NCBI GenBank assembly: GCA_030390025.1
Contig: CM059432.1
Location: 87,484,001-87,548,000, forward strand
DNA from: Squalus acanthias
Taxonomy: Eukaryota
Length of the DNA stretch: 64,000 nt
Direction of reading: 5' to 3'
Shown: positions 38,875 through 51,570 of the stretch, piece after piece
How the letters are laid out: each line of letters begins with the position of its first letter
How positions within the stretch are numbered: the first letter of the stretch is position 1
The notes under the pieces: generated by a model
Databases searched by the model: none
Seen by the model: the letters and a program-made list of their open reading frames with translations, nothing else
What the model was told of the DNA's origin: nothing
Program-made: the position numbers and the translations under genes

Positions 38875-39049
38875 AAGGTACCACATAATAGACTAATAAA
38901 TAAGGTCAGAGAATGTGGAGTCAGGGGACAAGTAGCAGAATGAATAGCTCGCTGGCTTCAAGACAGAAAGCAGAGAGTAGGGGTAAAGGGTTGCTATTCA
39001 GAGTGCAGGACGTGGGAAGTGATGTTCCACAAGGATCAGTGCTAGGATC

Positions 39050-39983
39050 AGCTCTTTTTGCATACAGTGCCTCAGTGACCTCCCTTATACAGCAGTGGAC
39101 GACGAACTGGGAAATATTGCAAATATCGCCTGTTCCAGTCTGGAAGGAGCCTGACGCATATAAGTTCATGGCCATGGTTACCTTGACAGCCACTGGCAAT
39201 GTGGTCCTCACCCTGCTCTGAGGCTGATGTTCTGCCTGAAATAGGTGGCAGATTTCAGTGAGCACCTCCAGTGAAGCAGAGTCAGCACACACACTGTTCC
39301 TCACTGAGGTTGAGGTAGTGGAATTGCTCCCTGAAGACCCTGGGTGGATATGGTCTCTTGCTGAGAACCCTTCTCCCCCTCCTCCTCCTCCCTCTTCCAG
39401 CAGCTTGTCCTGCTCTGTGTCGTCTCTGCTCATTCTCCCTGTCATGCTGCAGGCCAAGGGGGATACAAACTACTGCACCTGTGTCTGGGAGCAACTGGTC
39501 TGAGCAGACCCCTTGCAAGTCAGTACCACGTCCTTGAGCACGTGCCACACCACCCCCTGTAGACTTTAGGTAACTTTAAAGAACTCTAGAAAGCACCAAA
39601 CACTTCTACAAACTCAGCAATAGCTAATAGAAATCAATCAGCAACTAACCTGTAAGTAGGTTACTTTAATCCCTTTAAATAGCGTTGGTGGGGAGTCCTT
39701 TCTGCTGTTCAGCTGTGCGAGGTTAAGAGAGGGCATTAGCTCCAGCGTTGAGGTCGACAATGGCATGCAACGCAGGCGCCAAATCAGTGCTGCACGCCAC
39801 GATCTGCCTACTCTGCATACTTCTGGTGCACGCTCTCTGCGCTGACTCTAACGCCCTCACCAAAATGGCGTCTGGCATGGCCTGCACCAGATGTGTGCAT
39901 GCGCTGCTCAGATGCCACTGTGGACACAAAATGGCACCCATAGCGCCGAAAAACCGGGCGCTACGGAGCCAAATTTCACGGTC
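39050..39983 (-). mobile_element. Harbinger left end with 5' transposase fragment
   Basis: RPYPPRVFREQF and LPVAVKVTMAMNLYASGSFQTGTGDICNISQ, with terminus GACCGTGAAATTTGG. Confidence 0.85.
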
Positions 39984-40159
39984 AGGCAGTTTAACAGAGA
40001 AGGCAGCCAGGTGGTAAATGCAATTTAAAATGGATAAGTGCGGGAGTAAAATTAAGAAATGGGAGAATGCAGTCAATGGAAAGATGAACAGCAAGACTTA
40101 GAAGTTCACATATAAAAGTCCTGGAAAGGGCTATGCAGTTAGGTTGTTCTTTTAAATTG

Positions 40160-40340
40160 GTTTTTTTTTAATGGGATGTGGGCATCGCTGGCAAGGCCAG
40201 CATTTATTGCCCATCCCTAATTGCCCTTGAGAAGGCAGTGGCGAGCCGCCTTCTTGAACTGCTGCAGTCCGTGTGGTGAAGGTACTCCCACAGTGCTGTT
40301 CGGTAGGGAGTTCCAGGATTTTGACCCAGCGACGATGAAG
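40160..40340 (-). mobile_element. LINE 3' end, same family as 4130-4393
   Basis: Near-identical sequence to 4130-4320. Confidence 0.75.
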
Positions 40341-42038
40341 CCAGAAAAAAAGGCCAACAGCATTTTGGATTTTCTAGATAAGACCATAGAATACAAGAAT
40401 AAAGGCCACTTTCAGGACCCTTACTGAGTATTCTTTCACTGGTGTACACCCTCTTGATGGCAGGAATCCCGCTGGGAGCCTGTCGTTGTATACGTAAGGA
40501 GCCTTGACCCATTTTCCTGGGGCAATGCGAAGGGGACAAGTAGAACTCCCGCCCCACCGGAACTCTGCTCTGAAGAGGAGAATTCTCCTTCCAAACTGCC
40601 TGTACTTTTCACAACCAGAGTTTCTGGAGGGGAGGGGGAGGATGACTCCTCTGCTGTTTTAGTGGGTAACTGCACAAACTGGGAAGGCACTGTGGAACTG
40701 CATGCCAGCATGTCATCCACTTCAGGACAGGACAGCAGGAAATTAGGGCAGGAGATAAACAGAAAAACTATTTTCCTTGATCCTCAAGAATTGTTTTAAT
40801 ACTTTTGAAAAGCAATATAAAAAAGCATTGGCTATTATGGTGCAGAGGAAAAGTAAACAGTCATGAGTTATAGCAAAGGTGAAGCTTAATGTAGTGTATT
40901 GTTTACATAATGTAGGCTCTGTTAGATAGGGACTTGACAACTGGGGGAAAACATATTTGCTTTTAGATCAAATAAGTGCACTCTGCAGTTCTCAGTATGT
41001 GAACAGTGATTACTGAATAACAATATTTTAAATGCACCCCACCTTTTGGCAATTCAAAATACACTTGGCTCAGCAAATGTTTTTACAATGTACTATCTCA
41101 TCAGTATATACTTGTTTCTAATTGTAGTGTACAAGCCTTTTACACAGATCCTGAAATTTGTTGGACCTTTTTTATTGGATGTTAGTAATTGGAATTGGGG
41201 TTTAATATGGGAAAGAGAGATATAGCTATAGCTTTCTTTCTCTGAAAATGTCTCAGCTGTCAGTGAGTGTTTTTTTTCCTCAGGTGATTAGATACAGTAA
41301 GAGCTGAGTTTTGTTGAACACAATTACAGAAACAAACAACACTGGCCAAGAAAATCAATACACGCTGCCAATTATTGTTGGCAGGGCACTAAAGCTAGAA
41401 TTTGGGCTGATATATGTGACTGGATCTGGCCTTAGATATTGAATGATTAATAACCAGCTCGAGCTGATAATGTCAGAAAATGAACAAAGAACAATAAGCA
41501 ATGCATTAGTTAATGGATTCATGGTGTTTGTCAGCAGATTGTCTCATGTTTTGTGGCTATTTTTCTTTATTTTAAATCCTTTCCTACCAATTTTCTCTGC
41601 TCTTGATAGGGTATGGCACTGTGGATAATGGAGCCTCTGATATCTCGCCCCAGCAATTATTCATGTGTTATCCTATACAGTAGAGAGTAATTTTTGCCAC
41701 GTCCCTCGTATGCAGTCAGTTAATATTGGATAATCATAGATGCACTTCCGCCTGATTATCTGATGTGCACAGGCTGCATGCAAGGCCCTGGCAGTGGCAT
41801 GGGGCCTTACCAAATTTACCCTTAAATGTTGGCAGGCTATTCAGCTGCCGAGGGCTTCATAAACAAACTTGATCCACACATGCACACTTTCCAGTGAAGA
41901 ACAGGAACACAGTCGAGTTTCCCCTCCCTAACCTAGAACATTCAGTCTAATCATAGCTCCTCTGTTGCTGCCCTGGCTGAGACCAGTTAACTGAGCACAG
42001 ATCTTGTATCGAGGGACACAGCCACGTACTGTCTTGAC

Positions 42039-42647
42039 CTTCTTCTTAAGCAGTCCCTCGGAACCGAGGATGACTTGCTTCCACACTAGAAATGAGTTCT
42101 CAGGTGACTGATGAGTCCAATGCGGGACCTACAGTCTCTGTCACAGGTGGGGCAGACGGTGGTTGAAGGGGCGGGTGGGTGGGGTTCTTGGGTTAACGTG
42201 CGCTTCTTCCGCTGTTTGCGCTTGGCTACCGCTTGCTCCCGGCGAAGAGACTCGAGGTGTTCGGCGCCTTCCCGGATGCTTCTCCTCCACTTTGTGTGGT
42301 CTTGGGCCAGGGATTCCCAGGTGTCGGTGGGGATGTTGCACTTTTTCAAGGAGGCTTTGAGGGTGTCCTTGAAGCGTCTCCTCTGCCCACCTGGGGCTCT
42401 CTTGCCATGTCGGAGCTCCGAGTAGAGCGCTTGTTTTGGGAGTCTCGTATCGAGCATGCGGACGATGTGACCCGTCCATCGGAGCTGATCGACTGTGGTC
42501 AAAGCTTCGATGCTGGGGATGTTGGCCTGGGCGAGAACACTGATGTTGGTGCGCCTATCCTGCCAATGGATTTGCAGGATCTTGCGGAGGCAGTGTTGGT
42601 GGTACCTCTGCAGTGCTTGGAGGTGCCTGCTGTACATGGTCCATGTC
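42039..42647 (-). mobile_element. RTE LINE 3' fragment
   Basis: ORF 42086-42637 is nearly identical to the C-terminus encoded at 17195-17746. Confidence 0.93.
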
Positions 42648-42699
42648 TTGACCAGTTAACTGAGCACAGATCTTGTATCGAGGGACACAGCCACATAAT

Positions 42700-43461
42700 G
42701 GGCCAGAAGTTCGGCTTTCCGGCTTCCTGTGGGTGCAAGCATCGCGCACGTACTTACCTACCGCACCTGCTGTTGTGCTTCGGGCTCACAAGGACTTCGG
42801 GTCCTTGGCCTCCTGCAGCTGCCGGTGTGCAGTGCTTGCGTATCCCAGGGGCGCAGTTAGTTCGAAGCGTTCCCTGGGATCACGTGGGTCATGGAGAGCC
42901 AATCGGAGCAGGGCATTTTCATTCATAGATTTGACAGGAAGACCTGTCAAATCTATGAATAGATCGGCCCCAAAACCACACTCAAACTTCAAATAAATTT
43001 TTTTTTTAAATCACATTTTTAAAATAACTATAAGTTACATAAATTAACTACTTTAAACAAAAATTAAAATTTTTGAAAAAATTAATTATACTTTTTAACG
43101 GTGCTAAAAATAAACTTACCTTTCTTTAAAATATGTAATAATGAGAAACCTGTTGAAAATGTTTTTAAATTGTAATTAATTAACCACTTACCTTGTTAAA
43201 AACAGGCCTTGTGCCTCCTTTTTAAATGTGCAGCTTCTCCATACTTACCCTCACGGAGAAACCTGAAAAAAAAACCGAGGTTCGCTGCGTGCGCGCTGCC
43301 TCTCCCGCGCACGCGTTCGACTTCTGAACCCCTCCGTTCAGGGGAACGGAAGTTCCAGTTTCCCGCGCATACGCAGTGCATGCGGGAAACCGGCACTTCA
43401 GGTGGCCTTACGGGTGAGTACACAGAGCGTACTCACCCGACAACAGCCGAATTTCTGGCCC
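42700..43461. mobile_element. Harbinger-type MITE family B
   Basis: TIRs GGGCCAGAAGTTCGGC / GCCGAATTTCTGGCCC, flanks AAT/ATT. Collinear with 50756-51499. Confidence 0.85.
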
Positions 43462-43559
43462 ATTGTCTTGACCAGTTGAGCAATCAGCGGAGGCAGTAGG
43501 GGATGTTTTTCTGCTGTTCTATAAGTCACTGTGGACTCTTTAAGATGGCATTTGAAAAA

Positions 43560-43940
43560 GGGTGCAGTGGTGTAGTGATTGTGTTACTGGACTAGTAATC
43601 TGGTGACCTAAATTAATAATCCAGAGAATGTGAGTTCAAATCCAACTGTGGCAGTTTGAGAATTTGAATTCAGTTTAAAAAAAACTATAAATGAAAAGCA
43701 GCTATCAGTAAAAGTGACCATAAAGCTGGTGGATTATCATAAAAACCTGATTGGTACACTAATATCCTTTATGGAATGAAACCTACTGTCCTTACTTGGT
43801 CTGACTTATATGTGACTCCAGTCCCATACCAATCTGGTTGTCTCTTAACTTCCCTCAGAAGTGACATTACAACTCGAGGATGGGCAATAAGTATCTGCCT
43901 TGCCAGTGATGCCCACATCCTGAGAATGAATAAAAAGAAA
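43560..43940 (+). mobile_element. tRNA-derived SINE sharing its 3' tail with the LINE at 4130-4393
   Basis: A-box-like TGGTGTAGTG, B box GTTCAAATCC, tail ggatgggcaataa...gatgcccacatcc. Confidence 0.75.
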
Positions 43941-43959
43941 TATGAAAAGATTAAAATGC

Positions 43960-44398
43960 CAACCTTTAGAATTCACAACCTCAGGACGTCCCAAAGCGCT
44001 TTACAGCCAATTAACTACTTTTGAACAGCAGTCGCTGTTGTAATGTAGGAAATGCGGCAGCTAATTTATGCACAGCAAGCTGCCACTAACAGCAATGAAA
44101 TGAATGACCAGATCATTTGATTTAGTTGTTGTTTGAAGGATAAATGTTGGCCGGAACACAGGGAGAAACTCCCCAGCTCTTCTTTGAATAGTGCCAAGGG
44201 ATCTTTTATGTCCATTTGAGAGGGCAGGAACATTTCATCCGAAAGGTGACATGTCCGACAGTGCAGCACTCCCTCAGTACTGCACTGGAGTGTTAACTTA
44301 GATCTTGTGTTCAGGTCTCTGTACGTAGTCCAGTCTGGAGTGGGACTTGAATCCACAATCATCTGCCTCAGAGATGAGAGTTCTACTACTGAGCCAAG
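43960..44398 (-). mobile_element. Deu-domain SINE
   Basis: Reverse homologue of 45402-45925. Confidence 0.82.
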
Positions 44399-45102
44399 GC
44401 TTATCTTAATTAATCCTGCACATTTTGCATAATATTGTTCAAACTATCCATGTGCTGAATCATTGATTTGTTAAATTCAGTACATATAAATTTATGTGTC
44501 AGGTAAAAGCAATGACCCTAACATTGTTTAACAACCAAGGGCTTATTGCAACACATGTGCCAATGTTGCCATATTTTCCCTCTGCTTCTCCTCAAATACT
44601 TTTTTTAAACAATATTCAGCAGCTTGTAATGGAAATAACAAGACTATTTATAAAAAAAATGCTTTCTATAAATATTTTTTGCCTCTATGAGAATTGTTTA
44701 GCGTGAAATAACACACAGATGTGTTTTGTCTGACCTCAATAACATTTCTTCTTTCATAGTTCATGGAGTCATAAGCATGCACCATTATATGAACATTAAG
44801 AGAATAATTTTCTGAAAATCAACATTACAGTGCTGTTAGAAATGTGGCATTAAGATCACGGCTTTTAAAGATTTATTGCTTGGAAGCCATATTTTTCCAT
44901 CAAGTAATTATGTCTTGAAAGCCTGAAATTTCCAAATGTAAAGCCATGACAAAAGAGTGCACCAGAATGGTTTAAACGTTTCTGTTTCCATTTTCCCCTT
45001 TTTAGCCTCACACACTTCTTATTCTGAACTGTAGCTGATTGGGCATGTGAATGTTCTCTATTTATGTGTGTATTAGGCAGAGTTACCACCTGCTCCAAGC
45101 CA

Positions 45103-45925
45103 TGTGTCAGCCGTGGCTCAATTGGTAGGACCATTTAGGACTGAGATGAGGAGAAATTTCTTCAATCAAAGTGTTGCGAATCTTTGGAATTCTCTACCCC
45201 AAAAGGCTGTGGATGCTCAGTCGTTGAGTATATTCAAGACAGAGATCAATAGATTTTTAGATACTAAGAGAACCAAGGGATATGGGGATAGTGCAGGAAG
45301 GTGGAGTTGAGGTAGAAGATCAGTCATGATCTTATTGAATGGCGCAGCAGGCTTGAAGGGCAGAATGGCCTACTCCTGCTCCTATTTCTTATGTTCTTGT
45401 GTAGCACTCTCACCTCTGAGTCAGAAGGTTGTGGGTTCAAGTCCCACTCCAGAGACTTGAGCACAAAATCTAGGTTGACACTCCAGTGCAGTGCTGAGGG
45501 AGTGCTGCACTGTCAGAGCTGCCGTCTTTCAGATGAGATGTTAAACCAAGGTCCCGTTTGCTCTCTAAGGTGGATGTAAAAGATCCAATGGCACTATTTT
45601 GAAGAAGAGCAGGGGAGTTATCCCAGTGTCCTAGCCAATATTTATCCCTCAATCAACATCAGTAAAACAGATTATCTGGTCATTATCACATTGCTGTTTG
45701 TGGGAGCTTGCTGTGCGCAAATTGGCTGCCGCATTTCCCACATTACAACAGTGACTCCACTCCAAAAAGGACTTCTGAAATAAAAACAGAAAATGCTGGA
45801 AATACTCAGCAGGTCAGGCAGCATCTGTGGAGAGAGAAACAGAGTTAACGTTTCAGGTCGATGTAAAGCGCTTTGAGACGTCCGGTGGTGGTGAAAGGTG
45901 CTATATAAATGCAAGTCTTTCTTTT
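45103..45925 (+). mobile_element. Deu-domain SINE (SacSINE1-like) split by a CR1 3' end (45128-45401) and a PLE end (about 45775-45862)
   Basis: Head gtggctcaattggtag|cactctc...ggttcaagtccc, Deu-like gtctttcagatgagatgttaaacc, and L2-like tail gctatataaatgcaag. Confidence 0.85.
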
Positions 45926-46323
45926 TCATTAAACTACTTAGGGATGTATTTGACCCGAGCTGAGCTTCTCACTCTATATGCTCTCCATCACAAAGGTTGC
46001 CGACTTCCACCTTTGTAACATCACCCACCTTGCCTCAGCTCATCTGCTGCTGAAACCCTAATCCATGCCGTTGTCACCTCCAGACTCAATTGCATCCAAT
46101 GCTTTCCTGACCGGCCTCCCATCCTCCACTTCAGCTCATCCAAAACTCTGCAGCCTATATATAATCCAGCACCAAGCCCTGCTCAACCATCACCACTGAG
46201 GTATGCCCTCACTCATACTGTACTGCGTCTGACTAGCATAACAACACAACTTGCATTTATATAAAAACAGAAAATGCTGGAAATACTCAGCAGGTCAGGC
46301 AGCATCTGTGAAGAGAGAAACAG

Positions 46324-46360
46324 AGTTAATGTTTCAGGTCGATGACCTTTCGTCAGAACT
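46324..46360 (-). ncRNA. Minimal hammerhead motif (CpG-decayed stem III)
   Basis: Reverse strand reads AGTTCTGACGAAAGGTCATCGACCTGAAACATTAACT. Confidence 0.7.
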
Positions 46361-49300
46361 GGAAAAAAGCAGGAACTGGAACAGATTTTTAAGCAAGTGT
46401 AGTGGCTGGGAAAAGGGGGAGGGGATGAAAGAACAAAAGGGAAGGCCTGTGATAGGCTGAAAGGCAGGAGAGATTAAGAGACATTGAGAGACATTAAGAG
46501 ATATTCAAGGCAAAAGGGGATGGTAATGGGACAGGTTAAGAAACAAAGGATGGCTCCAGATGAAGTGTAAATTGCGCTGGCAGAATGGGAAGACAGCTGC
46601 CCTGTGGGAGAGAAGAACAGAACAAAAGTGTGGATAAAAAATTATATATATGTTATGATCTGAAATTGTTGAATTCTATGTTGAGTCCAGAAGGCTGTAA
46701 ATTGCCTAATCAAAAGATGAGGTGCTGTTCCTCGAGCTTACGCTGAGCTTTCGTGGAACAATGCAAGAGGCCGAGGACGGTGAGGTCTGAGTGGGAGTGG
46801 AGCGGAGAATTAAAGTGACAGGCGATTGAAGCTCGGGGTCCCCCTTACGGACTGAACGGAGGTGTTCCGCAAAGCGGTCACCCAATCTGCGTTTGGTCGC
46901 CCCGATGTAGAGGAGACCACATTGTGAGCAGCGAATACAGTATACTAAATTGCAAGAAGTACAAGTAAATCGCTGTTTCACCTGGAAGGGGTGTTTGGGG
47001 CCCTGGACAGTGGGAAGTGGGGAGGTATAAGGGCATGTGTTGCATCTCCTGTGCTTGCATGGGAAGGTGCCGAGTGAAGGGGAAGGGTAAGGGGTGTTGG
47101 GGGTGATAGAGGAGTGGACTAGGGTGTCGCGGAGGGAGTGGTCCCTACGGAATGCTGAAAGGGGAGGTGAGGGGAAGTTGTGTTTGGTGGTGGGTTCACG
47201 CTGGAGGTGGCGGAAATGGCAGAGGATGATACGTTGAATGTGGAGGCTGGTGGGGTGAAAGGTGAGGACAAGTGGAACTCTATCATGGTTTCGGGAGGGA
47301 GGGGCAGGAGTGAGAGCAGAAGTGCGGGAGATAGAACGGACACGGTTAAGGGCCGTGTCAACCACTGTAGAGGGGAATCCTCGGTTGAGGAAAAAGGAAG
47401 ACATGTCGGAAGCACTGGTATGGAAGGTGGCATCGTCAGATCAGATGCGGCAGAGACGGAGAAACTGGAAGAATGAAATAGAGTCCTTACAGGAGGCGGG
47501 GTGGGAGGAAGTGTAGTCCAGGTAGCTGTGGGAGTCAGTGGGCTTGTAGTGAATGTTGGTCAATAACCTATCCCCAGAGATGGTGACGGAGAAATCGAGG
47601 AAGGGAAGGGAAGAGTCGGAGATGGACCATGTGAAGGTGAGGGAAGGGTGGAAATTGGAAGCAAAGTGAATGAAATTTTCTAGTTCAGGGCGAGGAAACG
47701 GCACCGATACAGTCATCAATGTACCGGAAAAAGAGGTGAGGGAGGGGAACTGTGTAGGACTGGAACAAAGAGTGTTCCACATATCTCACGAAAAGGCAAG
47801 CATAGCTAGGAACCATGCAGGTTCCCATAGCCACACCTTTGATTTGGAGGAAGTGAGTGGAGTCAAAGGAGAAGTTGTTCAATGTGAGAACAAATTCAGC
47901 GAGGCAGAGGAGGGTGGTGGTGGATGGGGACTGGTTGGGCCTCTGTTCAAGGAAGAAGCGGAGCGACCTCAGGCCATCCTGGTGGGGGATGGAGGTGTAG
48001 GGGGATTGTACGTCCATAGTGAAAAGGAGGCGGTTGGGGTCAGGAAACTGGAAACTGTTAAAGTAGCGGAGGGCGTCGGAAGAGTCGCAGATGTAGGTGG
48101 GAAGAGACTGGACAAGGGGAGAAAAAATAGAGTTGAGATAGGAAGAGATAAGTTCCATGGGGCAAGAACAGGCTGAAACGATGGGTCTACCAGAGCAGTC
48201 CTGTTTGTGGATCTTGGGAAGGAGGTAGAAGCGGGCTGTGCAGGGTTGGGGAACTATGAGGTTGGCGGCCGTGGGGGGGAAGATCTCCAGAGGAGATGAG
48301 GTCAGTGACAGTCTTGGAAACGGTAGCTTGATGTTCGGTAGTGTGGTCATGGTCCAGGCGGAGGTATGAGGAGGTGTCGGAGAGTTGGCGTTCAACTTCC
48401 GCTAGGTAGAGGTCGGTTCGCCAAACAACAACAGCACCACCCTTGTCAGCAGGTTTAATAACAATGTCGGGGTTGCATCTGAGTGAATGGAGTGCTGCAA
48501 GTTCAGAGGGAGGTAGATTGGAGTGAGTGAGGGGAGCAGAGAAATGGAGATGGCCGATGTCACGCCGGCAGTTTGCAATGAAAAGATCTAGAGAGGGTAA
48601 GAGGCCAGAGGGAGGGGTCCAGGTAGAATGAGAATTCTGAAAGCGGGAGAAAGGGTCAGCCGTGCGGGGGAAAGACTCCTGGCCAAAGAAGTGGGCACGG
48701 AGACGGAGGCGGCGGAAAAAGAGCTCAGCATCGTGCTGAGCTCGAAATTCATTGAGGTGGGGGCGTAAGGGGATGAAGTACAGGCCTTTGCTAACTACTG
48801 ATCGTTCGGGGTCAGAGAGGGGAAGGTCAGAGGGGATAGTGAAAACGCAGCAGGTGGAGAGATTGGGAGAAGGGATGGGGTCAGAGGAAAGTGAAGGGGA
48901 AGAAGGTTCCGGAGGGGCGTTGGTGTCCAAGAGTTGTTGAAGCTTGCGATCCTTGACACCTGAAAGGAAGAAAAAAAGTTTTTTGTTAATGAATTTCGAA
49001 CTCGGCACGATGCTGAGCTCTTTTTCGTTTTCGTGGGATATGTGGAACACTCTTTGTTCCAGTCCTACACAGGTTCCCTCCCTCACCTCTTTTTCCGGTA
49101 CATTGATGAACGTATCGGTGCCGTTTCCTCACCCTGAACTAGATAATTTCATTCACTTTGTTTCCAATTTCCACCCTTCCCTCACCTTCACCAGGTCCAT
49201 CTCCGACTCTTCCCTTCCCTTCCTCGACTTCTCCGTCTCCATCTCTGGGGATAGGTTATTGACCAACATTCACTACAAGCCCACTGACTCCCACAGCTAC

Positions 49301-50462
49301 CTGGACTACACTTCCTCCCACCCCGCCTCCTGTAAGGACTCTATTTCATTCTCGCAGTTTCTCCGTCTCCGCCGCATCTGCTCTGACGATGCCACTTTCC
49401 ATACCAGTGCTTCCAACATGTCTTCCTTTTTCGTCAACCGAGGATTCCCCTCTACAGTGGTTGACACGGCCCTTAACCGTGTCCGTTCTATCTCCCGCAC
49501 TTCTACCCTCACCCATGCCCCTCCCTCCCGGAACCACGATAGAGTTCCACTTGTCCTCACCTTTCACCCCACCAGCCTCCACATTCAACGGATCATCCTC
49601 CGCCATTTCCACCACCTCCAGCATGATCCCACCACCAAACACATCTTCCCCTCACCTCCCCTTTCAGCATTCCATAGGGACCGCTACCTCCGCGACACCC
49701 TAGTCCACTTTTCTATCGCCCCCAACACCCCTTCCCCTTCCCCTTCGCCCGGCACCTTCCCATGCAAGCGCAGGAGATGCAACACATGCCCTTTTACCTC
49801 CTCCCTTCCCACTGTCCAGGGCCCCAAACACCCCTTACAGGTGAAACAGCGATTTACTTGTACTTCTTGCAATTTAGTATACTGTATTCGCTGCTCACGA
49901 TGTGGTCTCCTCTACATTGGGGAGATCAAACGCAGATTGGGTGACTGCTTTGCGGAACACCTCCGTTCAGTCCGTAAGGGGGACCCTGAGCTCCCCGTCG
50001 CCTGTCACTTTAATTCACCGCTTCACTCCCACTCTGACCTCACCGTCCTCGGCCTCTTGCATTGCTCCACGGAAGCTGAGCGTAAGCTCGAGGAACAGCA
50101 CCTCATCTTTTGATTAGGCACTTTACAGACTTCTGGACTCAACATAGAATTCAACAATTTCAGATCATAACATATATATATATTTTTTATCCACACTTTT
50201 GTTCTGTTCTTCTCTCCCACATGGCAGCTGTCTTTCATTCTGCCAGCACAATTTACACTTCATCTAGAGCCATCCTTTGTTTCTTAACCTGTCCCATTAC
50301 CATCCCCTTTTGCCTTGAATATCTCTTAATGTCTATCAATGTCTCTTAATCTCTCCTGCCTTCCAGCCTATCACAGGCCTTCCCTTTTGTTCTTTCATCC
50401 CCTCCCCCTTTTCCCAGCCACTACACTTGCTTAAAAATCTGTTCCATTTCCTGCTTTTTTCC

Positions 50463-50499
50463 AGTTCTGACGAAAGGTCATCGACCTGAAACGTTAACA
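50463..50499 (+). ncRNA. Minimal hammerhead motif
   Basis: AGTTCTGACGAAAGGTCATCGACCTGAAACGTTAACA. Confidence 0.78.
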
Positions 50500-50723
50500 C
50501 TATTTCTCTCTTCACAGATGCTGCCTGACCTGCTGAGTATTCCCAGGATTTTCTGTTTTTATTTCAGATTTCCAGCATCTGCAGTATTTTCTTTTTGCAT
50601 TTATATAACATCTTTAACATAGAAAGATGTCCTAAGGCATTTCACAGAGGCATAATGAAAGAAAAATGGGCGTCGACCAAAGAAGTAGCTGATCTACATT
50701 GGCTCCAACTTAAAATTCTGATT

Positions 50724-51570
50724 GTTCTGCTGAAGGGTCATCGACCTGAAACATTGGCCCAGAAATTGATCTCGCTCTGTTCCCGCGGGGGTAAGCCTTC
50801 CCCGCGATGTCTCACCTCGCTTATGCTTTTTCTGATCCAGCTCGCACGAACTTGATGTTCCAGACATCAGCTGTGCTGGGCTTGCGTATCCCAGCGGCGT
50901 AGTTAATTCGTGCGAGCTGTGGGATCACGTGACTCAGTTAGAGCCAATGGCAGCACACCATCTTCCATTCATAAGTCTCACAGCATGGCTGTGAGACTTA
51001 TGAATCTTACACCCCCCCAAAATAACAGCTAAACCTCAATTAAATTTAAAAAAAAACCCATCACATTAATAAAATAAGTATAGTTAATTAAATTAACCAT
51101 TTTAAATAAAAAATTAAATTTTTGAAAAAATTTAAAATCTTTTAAAAAGTTATAAAAATAAACTTACCTGTCTTTAAAGTCTATAAAAAAGATATACCTG
51201 TAAAAAAAAATTCAAAAAAATACTTAATTCACTACTTACCTTCTTAAAAGCGGGTCTTACTCCTCCTTTTTACATTTCCAAAATCTTCCGTCCTTACCTG
51301 CGCGTCCAAAGCATGAAGTGCACAGCGTGCGCGCAGCCTGTAGCGCGCACGCGATGCACCCAGGCCCCGCCCCCTTTTCGGAAGAGCAATTGCCGGTTTT
51401 CAGCGCATGCGCAGGGCATGCAGAAAACCAGCAATTGGAGTGGGAATACGCGAGAGTATGCAGTGCGTACTCTCGCGTCCCGGGATCAATTTTCGGCCCA
51501 TTAACTCTGTTTCTCTCTCCACAGGTGCTGCCTGACCTGCTGAGTGTTTTCCAGCAATTTCTGTTTTTAT
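50724..51570 (+). mobile_element. Short PLE terminal fragment split by MITE B
   Basis: 50724-50755 plus 51500-51570 rebuild the hammerhead-bearing end. TSD TTAAAATTCT(G/C)ATT. Confidence 0.75.
50756..51499. mobile_element. Harbinger-type MITE family B
   Basis: TIRs GGCCCAGAAATTGATC / GATCAATTTTCGGCCC and TSD ATT. Confidence 0.9.

Larger units (their letters stand above)
33170..40420 (+). mobile_element. Old long CR1 element fragmented by several nested insertions
   Basis: Collinear ORF2 pieces: CLYSNA, GITETW|LQ, GNFNHP, LGNSDHN, NYRPVSLTS, KSCLTNLIEFFE, YLDFQKAFD|KVPH and VPQGSVLG. Confidence 0.8.
46265..50594. mobile_element. Penelope-like retroelement (RT + GIY-YIG, probably Neptune-type) in fold-back arrangement
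   Basis: Minus arm 46265-48962 and plus arm about 49030-50594. Motifs PADKGGAVV, LLPKIHK, MDVQSPYTSIPH, GVAMGT, RYIDD and VYCIRC..C..LYIGE. 14-bp TSD TTGCATTTATATAA. Confidence 0.93.

Noticed and set aside
40436..40740. Ser/Pro-rich exon-like ORF on -
   Set aside because: Low complexity with no diagnostic motif. It may be an old Harbinger accessory-gene remnant.
45402..45450. tRNA gene
   Set aside because: The A and B boxes belong to a SINE head and there is no complete cloverleaf.
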